This document shows positions 53,522 to 64,000 of a DNA stretch of 64,000 nt, one piece after another; positions within the stretch are counted from its first letter, which is position 1; every line of letters starts with the position of its first letter. The notes under the pieces are model-generated. The model did not search any database. It saw nothing but the letters and a program-made list of their open reading frames with translations, and was not told where the DNA came from. Location of the stretch: contig MU057703.1 of NCBI GenBank assembly GCA_013265495.1, positions 48,498-112,497 of the forward strand. Reading direction: 5' to 3'. Origin of the DNA: Vicugna vicugna. Lineage: Eukaryota. Both the position numbers and the translations under genes were made by a program.

Positions 53522-56500
53522 AAGAATAGTTTAAGGGACTTCTGGGACAACAGCAAGTGTACTAACAGTCACTTTATAGGGGCCCCAGAAGGAGAAGAGA
53601 GGAAGGGGCAGAAAATGTATTTGATAAAATTACAGCTGAAAACTTCCTGAAACTGAAAAAAACAAAACAAAACAAAACAAAAACAGATATCAAGGTTCAG
53701 GAGTACAGAAACTCTCTAACAAGATGAACTTAAAGAGAGCCATACCAAGACATATCATAGTTAAACTGGAAAAATTTAAAGATGATGAGAGAATTCTAAA
53801 GGCAACAAGAGAAGAAGAAAGAGTCATATATATACAAGGGAACCTCCTTAAGGCTATCACCTGATTTTTCAGCAGAAACTTTGCAGGTCAGAAGGGAGTG
53901 GCATGATATATTTAAAGTGCTGAAAGCAAACAATCCTAGTGTTCACTACCCAGCAAGATTATCACTAAGAATGGAAGGAGACATAAAGAGCCTCTCAGAC
54001 TAGAAAATGCTAAAAGAGTTCATCAATACTAAAACAAGTTTCTGCAAGAAGTGTTAAAGGGTCTTTTTTTAAGTGAAAAGGGAAAGGCTACAACAAGAAG
54101 TAAGAAATTACAGGAAAGGAAAAATCCTATTGGCAAAGGCAAATATCTAGTAAAGTTTATGGTTCAACTACATAAATAAGCTAGTGTGAAGGTTAAAAGA
54201 CAAAAATTATAAAATGAACTATAACTACAATAAAGAATTAACGGACAGACATGAAGATGTAAAATATGACATCAAAAACATAAAATATTGGGGAGTTGTA
54301 AAAATGTAGATCTTTTAGAATGTGTCTGGATGAAAATGACTATCAGCTAAAAATAAGTAGATATAGTTCTAGGTCAACATATGAACTCCATGGTAACCAC
54401 AAATCAAAAGCTTACAGTAGATGTACAGAAAGTAGGGAGAATACAAATGTGCACTAAAGAAAGTCATCAAACCAGAAGGGAAGAGAATAAAAAGAAGATG
54501 AAAGCAACTTACAAGTACAACAAAAGCAACAGAAAACAATAAACAAAGTGGAAAATAAGTACATACCTATCAATAATTTTGGTAACTATCAGTGGAAGAA
54601 ATGCACCATTCAAAAGATATAGAATGGCTTACTGGATTTAAAAAAAAAAAAGCCATCTATATACTGCCTACGATAGACTTAATTCAGAGCTAAAGAGGCA
54701 TACACAGACTTAAAGTGAGGAAATGGAAAAAGATATTCCATTAAAATGTAAATTAAAAGAAATCAGGGGTAGTAATACTCATATCAGACAAAGTTGATTT
54801 GAACATAAAGTCTATAATACAAGATAAGACAGCCTTTATATAATGGTAGAGGGATTAATACAAGAAGAGGATAAAATATTGGTAAACATATATGCACCTA
54901 ATATAGGAGCACTTAAATATTCAAAGCAAATGTGAACAGACATAAAGAGAGAAAATGACAATATTATAGTAATGATAAGGGGCTTTAACACACCACTTGC
55001 ATTGATAGGTCATCCAGACAGAGAATTAACAAGGCATCAGTGGTTTTAAATGACACACTGGCCAGTTGAACTTAATAAATATCTACAGAACATTCCATTC
55101 AACAACAGCAGAATAAACATTCTTTTCAACTTCACATAGAATGTTCTCCGGGATAGATCACATCCTAGGCACAAAAGAAGTCTCAACAAATTTAAGAGGA
55201 TAGAAATTGTATCATGCATCTTTCTGACCACAACAGTATGAAACTAGAAATCACTCATCAGAAGAAAAATAGGAAAAACACATATACTTGGAGACTAAAC
55301 TACATGCTACTGAAAAAAAAAAAAAGGGTCAATGAAGAAATCAAAGAGAAAATCAGAAAATACCTTGAGAATAAAATACAACTTTCAAAATCTGTGGGGC
55401 AGAGCAAAAGCAGTTCTAAGAGCAAAGTTTATAATAATACAAATCCACCCCAAGGAACAAGAGAAATCTCAAACAACCTAATCTACCATCTAAAGGAATT
55501 AGAAAAATAAGAAAAAAACAAACAGAACCAAAAGTCAGCAGAATGAAAGAAATAATAAACCTCAGAGAGGAAATAGAGACCAAAAAAACACAAGGAAAAG
55601 GTCAATAAAACCAAGAGCTGATTTTTTTTTAAAAAAATGAACAAAACTAATAAGCCTTCAGCCAGATTCGTTAAGAAAATAAGGGGCCCAAATAAGCAAA
55701 GTAAGAAGTTAAAAAGGAAAAATTACAATCAATATCACAGAAATGTAAACAATCATAAGAGAATATTAGGTATGCCAACAAATTGGATAACCTATAAGAA
55801 ATGAATAAATCCCTAGAAGTATACAGTCTTCCAAGAATGAATAGGAAGAAATAGTAATCTGGACAGACTGATTAGTAGTATTGAAATTGAATCAAAAAAA
55901 CCACAGCAAACAAAGTCCAGGACCAAATGGCTTCATAGGGAATTTCTACCAAACATAAGATAAGAGTTAATATCCGTCCTTCTCAAACTATCCCAAAAAG
56001 TTGAAGAGGACGGAACACTCCCAAATTCATTCTATGAGGCCACCATACTCTTATATGAAAACAAAAGACACTCCAAAAAAAGATTACAGTTTAATATTCT
56101 TAATGAATATAAATGAAAACTCATGCATATATGGTCTATCAATCTATGACATAAGAGGCAAAAAATATACAAAGGGAAAAAGACAGTGTCTTCAGTAAAC
56201 GGTGCTGGGAAAACTGGACAGCTATCTCTAAAAGAATGAATTAGAACATTTTCTAACACCATATACAAAAATAAAATCAAAATGGATAAAAGACCTAAAT
56301 GCAAGTCTTAAAGCCTTAAACTCCTAGAAGATATCATAGTCGGTACACTCTTTGGTATAAGTCTCAGCAATATGTTTTTGGATCCCTCTTCTCAGACAAG
56401 GAAAACAGAAGTAAAAATAAATTGGACCTAATTACACTTTAAAAAAAGGTTTTGCATAGTTAAAAGAACCATAAACAGAAACAAAAGACGTCTTACTGAA

Positions 56501-57060
56501 TGGGAAAATATATTTGCAAATGATATGTTTGATAAAGGGTTAATATCCAAAATATATAAAAAGCCCATGCAACTCAGTTAAAAAAAAAACAATTAAAAAT
56601 AGGCAGAAGACCTGAATAGACAAGAAGACACAGGGATGGCCAAGAAGCACATGAAAAAGATGCTCAACATCATAACCATTAGAGAAATGCAAATCAAAAC
56701 CATAATGAGATATGGCCTCACACCTGTCAGAATGGCTACTGTCAAAAAGATCACAAGTAACGAATGTTTGCTGTCAAGGATGCAGAGAAAAGGAAACCCT
56801 AGTCCATTGATGAAGGGAATGCAAATGGGTACAGCTGCTCTGGAAAACAGTATGGAGCTTCCTCCAAAAATAAAAATAGAACTACCGTGTGATCCAGCAA
56901 TTTCCTCTCCTGAGTATATGTCTGAGGAAAATGAAAACATTAATTTGAAAAGGTATATGCATGCCAGTCAATTATCATAGCAGATTATTTACAACAGTCA
57001 AAATGTGGGATCAACCTAAGTGTCTGTGAACAGGTGGTTGGGTAAGATGCGACACACACA

Positions 57061-57103
<43 letters not shown>

Positions 57104-57529
57104 GAATATTACTCAGCCATAGAAAAGAATGAAATTTTGTCACTTGCAACAAGATGGATGGGCTCAGAGGGTGTCATGGTTGGTGAAGTAAGTCAGACAG
57201 AGAAAGACAAATACAATATGCTTTCAGTTACATGTGGAATCTTAAAAAAAGAAAGCAAATGAATATTTAAAAAAAAACAATCTCACAAATACAGAGGGCA
57301 AACTAGTGGTTACTAGTGGGGAAATGGGTGGGGGAAAGGGTAAGAGAGGGGAAGGGGATTAAACTACTAGATCTTAAATAAGATACAAAGATGTAATGTG
57401 CAGCACAGGGAACATAACCAATATTTCATTATAACTTTAAATAGAATATAATCTATAAAAATACCAAGTCACTATGTTGTAAGCCCGAAACTAATATAAC
57501 ATTCTAAATCAACTATACTTCAATAAAAA
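53522..57529 (+). mobile_element. 5'-truncated, decayed L1 (ORF1 3' half, ORF2 endonuclease, deleted RT core, ORF2 C-terminus, 3' UTR)
   Basis: ORF1 motifs (gatttttcagcagaaactttgcaggtcagaagggagtggca), EN motifs (aacatatatgcacctaat = NIYAPN; tctgaccacaac = SDHN), C-terminal IREMQIKT, and poly(A) signal near 57522. Many stops and frameshifts. Confidence 0.93.
57052..57100. repeat. (CA)n microsatellite within L1
   Basis: Directly visible. Confidence 0.95.
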
Positions 57530-59511
57530 GACTTTTCCATTCAGCAGTATTGTCATAGCAGAAACATTAAGATGTAAAATTCCCTTATTACTGGAAATTT
57601 TCAGCTAGAAATTAAATGGCCATGTTTCCAAAGTGGTACTCTGTAGAAGTTTGAGCTTTGTACTAGTCAGACTCTTCTGGACTTTCCAAATATATTTGAA
57701 TTTTCTAAAATTGTTCAATTATTATTTTAATTTCTGTATTTTGATACGTAGTTCTCTGGAATATTTTCTTTACTTTATTAAAAATCAAACCCGCAGAAAA
57801 CATAAATACAATATGGATGTCAGTACTCTTTTCAACTCTTTCAATTAAAACAAAGTCAAGAATGTTTTTTTCAGCTGAACATGGCTAAGCAAACTTACAT
57901 TGAAATTATGTACACTTAAGTCATTTCTCCCAAAACAACCTGTTTTTCTTTAACTAACATCCACAGCATTTTACAATATCAATTATATTTATGGAAAAGG
58001 TTTTGATCTCTGCTTGAAAACATTTTATCTTTTTTTTCTCCTACACATGCTCATCCCTTTTTCGTCCTTATTTCTAGAGAATCAAATTTTCTATCAAAAT
58101 TACAACTTATTTCTTCCATAGGCCTGTTTTCCTGGGGTCATTTTATGGCCTAGACCTTATGTGCATTCAAGTGCATCTCTTTTGGGTTCACTTAGAGATA
58201 AGGTGGGACCAGACACCTTAGAGTCTTTTCAGATTGTGGGGAAAAGTTTATCCTTTTCTTCTGAGAGCTGGAAAGTTATTAGGAGGTTTTTGAGCATAGG
58301 ATGACATGATCTATTTATATTGTCAAAGTATCATTCTTTTTACTGCAGAGTGGAGAAATGATGGCAGAAAGCCAAAAGGAGACAGACAGCTAGGGGCAGC
58401 CACCAAGCCAGAACTGACTACAGTCTGGGCTAAAGTTCGTAGTAGGGATGGTAAGAAATGCTGGGATTTAGGATACATTGCATTTTCAAATATATTTCTC
58501 ATAAAGCATATACCTGGTTTGAGAGCATCCTTTGCTACATAAAAACTGGAATTTGGTCTTGAATTTATTTTATGTCCTCTCTCATTTGATAATTACTAAC
58601 AAAAGGGAAGGCTGAAAAGGGCACAGTGTTGTAGCAGTGGGCATTTCTGCAATAGAGCTGAGAACAGTTATTAGTTTAGCTCTTTTTTGCCTCTTTTTCT
58701 TAGGAAAAGCGAAGAAAATGGACTCTTACACTAAAGAAGTTACCGAGATGGATAAAGTTATAAAGGCATAGTTTATACATGTGTTCATTTTTTCCTTTAT
58801 TTTTCCTAATGCATATGTACAAGACTTACCTGCATTACTGTTCAGTAAATAAATGTCTGACTTGGGAGACACATGCATTTTCTGTAAATAAAAGCACTTA
58901 AGCATATAAATGGAAAAACATTAATAAAACAGGACTACCTCACTACCATCAGTCTGCTTACACATTATATATATGTTATATGTATATATATAAATAATTC
59001 CTTGGCAGCAAGTCTTCTTAGATTGTGATAAATTTGGGGGTTTTGAATTCTTCAATATAATAAGTGTATCGTATAAAATCCTTTGGTCTAAATCATTCAG
59101 TAGTGTTGAGAATTAATGTTCTCAACAGAAAAAACTCTACTTTGATTCTCCAGGTACCTCTTTTGTCCACATTTCCTAATCTTTTGTTTACGATGATTAT
59201 TTGGATGGATGGCAGGGGGAATGAGTGAGTCTATTAAATGAGCACTATTCCCCTGTCCCATCACAACCAGTGCAACATAGAAACTTGGAGTCTGTCTGCA
59301 GAAAACTATATATGCTGACAGTTTGACAGTTTTTTTTTTAACCTTTTGAGAGGGGAATGGATATCTATTTTGTGTTCTCATAAATGCAAAATTTATGTAA
59401 CTGGGATTTTTAGAATAAAAATAGGAAATTACTTGGCTACTATTGGGAATACTTTTAAATAATAGAGTAGTTTGTGAGTGTGTGTTTACTTACTAGATTG
59501 AATGTACAAAG

Positions 59512-59617
59512 TTTTCTTTCTTTCTCTCTCTTTCCCTTCCTTCCTTCCTTCCTTCCTTCCTTCCTTCCTTCCTTNNNNNNNNNNNNNNNNNNNNNNNNNN
59601 NNNNNNTCTTTCTTTCT

Positions 59618-59677
<60 letters not shown>

Positions 59678-59780
59678 TTTCTTTCTTTCTCCCTTCCTTC
59701 CTTCCTTTCCTTTCCTTCCTTTCTTTTCTTTCTTTCTTTCTCTTTTTCCCCCCTCTCTCTCTTCTTTCCTTCCTTCCTTT
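59512..59780. repeat. (CCTT)n/(CTTT)n polypyrimidine repeat containing a 32-N assembly gap (59575-59606)
   Basis: Directly visible. Confidence 0.95.
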
Positions 59781-59964
59781 TTCAGTTTCAGCTGCAAAAT
59801 TTCACTTGGCACAGCTCCTAGAATGTAAGGGAAATTTAGAAGCAGCTAGAATTGCCCTCCTTTTTGCTTTTGTTGAGGCTGATGCCTAAGGCTTGATAGA
59901 ATACAAATTTGTGCTGCTCCTTCTTGTAAGTGGAGGCGTCCTATTTACTTAGGCACAATAAACG

Positions 59965-60163
59965 TTACTGTGTTTATCTATTTATATATAGTAGTTAATA
60001 TTTGGAAATCTCGACCTCCCAATTTATCCCTTCCTACCCCTTTTCACCAGGTTGACCATAAGTTCATTTACTATGTCTTTGAGTCTGTTTCTGTTTTGTA
60101 GATGAGTTCATTAGTGTCTTCTCTTTTCCTTTTTTAGATTCCACATATGAGTGATATCATATG
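59965..60163 (-). mobile_element. Camelid-type L1 3' UTR internal fragment
   Basis: Aligns by eye to the copies at 13540-13716 and 27490-27690. The terminal tail is missing. Confidence 0.8.
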
Positions 60164-61739
60164 ATGCTTGGTTCTTGACTTTAAAAAAAAACATCAAATT
60201 CTTGTTTGAGGATTTTAAATTCAGATTGAAGTATTGTTCTGTTGCATTTTTCTCCTGCTTTGTGTTTTTTTTTTTTGACGAGAAATGATCTCAACTGAAA
60301 TTTTGATTCACCTTTTCTGTTTTCTTCTTTTAATAGCTTTGTTTGAAATATGCCTGAATTTTTTCTATTCTTGAGTATCTAATGGACAAAATTCCTAGTT
60401 GGAGAGTTACCTCTCGGTTTGTCAAAATATAGGTTAGTTCATGGATACTCTTGTTTCTTTTGGTGATGATAGAGGGTGACAAGTTGTCTCTTTTATTTCC
60501 ACAATATTGTTACTTCCCATCTCCTTCCCCATCATTTTCCCTTTATCACCGTCTTCCCAGGAGGCACCCGTCTTCTTTATTTACCTTTTTTCCCCAGAAG
60601 CAGTTCTTGTTTGAGGCTGCTACCTCCATTTCTTTTCAATTTCAAGTAACTTCTCCTTGGTTGGTTCTTTCCAGGTCTCAGATCAGTATCTGGGCATTTG
60701 GTATTGAATTTTTTTCCTCGGGATGCTTTTTCTGTACTTCATGTTTGTGCTCTGCTCCCCTTCTCAAGGAATCTCTTACTCTCCACACCCACCGGCACGG
60801 AGCAGCAGTGAGAACTCTGTTGGAATTCGGTGCTTATTTCTGTAATTACAAATAATTTGAATTTACTAGTATTCTCTGTCTTCAAAGAATGTTAAGGATT
60901 TGGATCACGTGTCATTTTATTTGCCTTCCTTGTTGCTCTTATGTTTTGGGGTGGGTATACGAAGAGATTCACTTATGGCCATCCCCATTATCCTTCACAC
61001 ATGAAGATTTAACTGGAGAAATCTGTCCAAAATTAAAACTCTGTTAGAATTACATGGCAAAGCCTCCAGGTGCACACTGTCCTAGCAAGGCAAGTCTCTC
61101 AGTTTACAGGTTTACATTCTGAAAATATTCGTTTCTTTGTCACAGGCCAATATTATTTTGCCCAGAAAACCACCTTTCTCTGAATATGTTAGTATGTTTC
61201 AAGAAATGTTTTTCATAAATATATAACAGAAATAAATTAGAGTTAATCTCTGGACTCAAGCCTGTGATCCTGCCTTAATATGGTCAGTTTATGGTAAAAG
61301 TGAGTAGCTTTTCAGTTCTTCCTTTCCTCTTTTCCCATAAATTAAGCTTAGGTTTACTCTAAGTTTAGGGAAATTTGGTGTGCAGTAAGGGAGTGAAAGG
61401 TTAGGTTCATAAGCAGAAATTACGAGAATATTTCAACTATTTAAAGGAATTAAATTAAAATAAATTACCACCATTAGTAGATAAAACACCAAGCTGTTTA
61501 ATACGAAAGTGTCAGAGAGCTTTTCTCAGATGGACTGTGTGCATCAGCGGAGTGCTGACTAACTCTCTAGAGCCCAAGGAGTGAAACCTAGCAGCCTGCT
61601 CTGAGGAGACCAGATGGACGGCTCTACGGGAAATGAGTCCATGGGGAGCTGTCAGTCTGTGACTGTGTGAGTGCTCACCAACAATGTCCATTGATTATTT
61701 TACTGCCTGCCACGGTTATTTTTAAAAAGTAGTCACATG

Positions 61740-62340
61740 TCATAATTGTTTACTTGTTCTAAAATATCTGCTGAGTGTGAACCACATACCATGCACTGTC
61801 TCAGCCCTGGAGAGACAACAGTCAATAAGACAGCTGAGGTCCTTGTCTCAGGTCCTTTCTCTCTATCTCCTATAGAAATGTATATACAAATAAACACTTA
61901 AGTACCGGATATTATTTTCTAAGGTAAAGTGCTATGAAGGAAAACCAACAGTATTTTTTTTTAATTATTATTGAAGTATAGTCAGTTTATAACATTGTGT
62001 CAAATTCTTACTGTTTTGATATGGTAGAGAACCTGAATGAGGAGATGTAATTTAGGAGTGTTGTCACAGACGTCTTCTCTGAGAGATGGCATTTAAGATT
62101 AGACTTAAAAACTCATAGAAAGCCAATCATATGAAGAACCAGAAGAGCCTTTTAGGAAAAAGGAACAGCAACTGAGTTGGCTCAGTTAAGGAACAGTATT
62201 TAAGGAACAGCCAGCACGGTTGGAATATATTACACAAAAAAAACGAGTGGTTTGAGATGGAACAGAGAGGTAGAGAGGAACCAGGTCATATGTAACAGGA
62301 ATAAAAAAGGACAATCAAACTATAATGCAAGGCCATTAGA
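61740..62340 (-). mobile_element. L2 fragment with a ~55-bp young L1 tail inserted at about 61953-62008
   Basis: L2 motifs (aagtgctatgaagg, cttctctgagag) around tttttaattattattgaagtatagtcag. Confidence 0.6.
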
Positions 62341-62744
62341 GAATTTAGAATAGGGGAAGACTTAAATGGGTGGGGACTTTCAGACTGAGCGGGCATCCTT
62401 TGGTGGAATAATCTTGCTCCAACAACCGTGCATCTCCCATCAACTCTGTTGATCTCTTCTAAACACCCTTTCCAAAGAATTGTGGGATGCATAAAAAACT
62501 TCAGCTGCTCTATTATTTTCAAGCCGTCCAATTGAACCACTGTAGCATCTTTTTCCTTTTGTAACTGTCATGACCTATATCCTATTTCTTTGGGTTCATA
62601 CTAGAAATCTACCAGTCGACAAAGGAATTCTTGATAGTAGAGAAACTACCTACTTAACATAGAGTGACTAATAAAGTTGTAAAGAGCAATGGCAACTTAG
62701 AAAAAGTTCAGACATTCAGGTAAACTGGGGAAGTATGGTGTCTT

Positions 62745-63960
62745 CTTTTATTGAAGTACAGTCAATTGCAATGTATCAATTTCTTTTTTTTAACATTTTT
62801 TATTGATTTATAATCATTTTACAATGTTGTGTCAACAATGTATCAATTTCTGACATACAGCACAATGTTCCAGTCATGCATATACATACATATACTCATT
62901 TTCATATTTTTTTCATCAAAGGTTATTACAGGGTATTGAACACAGTTTCCTATGCTATACAAAATAAACTTTACAAAAAATCTATGTTTATATATAATGG
63001 CTGACATTTGTAAATCTCAAACTCCCAAATTTATCCTTTCCCTCCCTTTTCCCCAATAACCATAAGATTGTTTACTAAGTCTGTGAGTCTATTTCTGTTT
63101 TGTAGATGAGTTCATAGTGTTTTGTTTATTTGTTTGTTTTTAGGTTCCACATAAGAGTGATATCATATGGTACTTTTATTTCTCTTTCTGGCTTATACCA
63201 CAACTTCTTTATCCAGTCATCTGTCGATGGGCATTTAGGTTGCTTCCATGTCTTAGTTATTGTATATAGTGTTGCTATGAACATTGGGGTGCATGGTATC
63301 TTTTCACATTACAGTTCCCTCCAGATATATACCCAGAAGTGGGATTGCCATCTCATATGGTCAGACTATTTTTAGTTTTTTGAGGAATCTCCATACTTTT
63401 TCCATAATGACTGTACCAAACTTCATTCTCACCAACAGTGTAGTAGGGTTCCCTTTTCTGCACATCCTCTCCAGCATTTATCATTCATGGGCTTTTGAAT
63501 GAAGGCCATTCTGACTTGTGTGAGGTGCTATCTCATTGTAGTTTTGATTTGCATTTCCCTGATAATTAGTTAAGTAGGCATTTTTTTCATATGCCTATTG
63601 GCCATTTGAATGTCTTCACTGAAGAATTGCTTTTTTAGATCTTATGCCCATTTTTGGATTGGGCTGTTTGTTTTTTTTTGTTATTAAGTCATATGAGCTG
63701 TTTATATATTCTGGAAATTAAGCCTTTGTCAATCACATCATTTGCAAATATTTTCTCCCATTCCATGGGTGGTTGTTTTGTTTTGCTTATGGTTTCGTTT
63801 TGTTGTGCAAAAGCTTATTTGATTAATTAGATCCCATTTGTTTATTTTTGCTCTTATTTCCATTGCCTAGGTAGACTGCCCTAGGAGAACGTTGCTAAGA
63901 TTGATGTCAGAGAATTTTTTGTCTATATTTTCTTCTAGATTTATCGTGTCTTGTCTTATA
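62745..63960 (-). mobile_element. Young camelid-type L1 (3' UTR plus ORF2 C-terminus)
   Basis: Colinear with the 13350-14612 copy, then antisense ORF2 (ttgatttgcatttccctgataatt). Confidence 0.92.
62785..62835 (-). mobile_element. 51-bp youngest-subfamily L1 tail nested in L1
   Basis: Perfect 16-bp TSD caatgtatcaatttct (62769-62784 and 62836-62851). Confidence 0.92.
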
Positions 63961-64000
63961 CTCATTCTATAAAGCCACCATCACCCTGATATCAAAACCA
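63961..64000 (+). mobile_element. Sense L1 ORF2 fragment, probable inverted 5' segment
   Basis: ctcattctataaagccaccatcaccctgatatcaaaacca = SFYKATITLISKP, the start of the RT region. Compare the homologous sequence near 56027. Confidence 0.8.

Noticed and set aside
55214..57262. Several ORFs with L1 ORF2p-like motifs
   Set aside because: Fragments of a dead L1 with frameshifts and a deleted RT core, not functional CDS.
59474..59828. Three ~110-aa ORFs
   Set aside because: Translations of the CCTT/CTTT microsatellite across an N gap.
1..64000. Inferring host-gene strand from L1 orientation bias
   Set aside because: L1 copies occur on both strands with no clear bias.

Overview
This window is AT-rich mammalian genomic DNA, intronic or intergenic, and is not prokaryotic. 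It is most likely camelid (alpaca/llama/camel): it carries a tRNA-derived SINE resembling camelid Vic-1 and many young L1 3' ends of camelid type, and I saw no Bov-A/BovB, PRE-1 or Alu. Roughly half of the window is recognisable transposable-element debris: ancient L2, MIR, MaLR (MLT1), ERVL and MER elements, old L1M copies, several ERV solo LTRs, and at least two young L1 subfamilies with intact target-site duplications (TSDs). I recognise no protein-coding gene, and the supplied ORFs are mostly repeat-derived or chance. The best-supported unusual items are a CpG-rich solo LTR with a 6-bp TSD nested in a young L1, an L1-in-L1 insertion that orders two subfamilies, a probable twin-priming inversion at the window end, an L1 missing its RT core, a 99-bp tandem duplication and a near-consensus CTCF site. 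There are also several weak exon and promoter candidates in unique sequence. I found no convincing previously undescribed biological system. Repeat family names and most repeat boundaries are by-eye recollection of consensus sequences and need RepeatMasker/Dfam confirmation.
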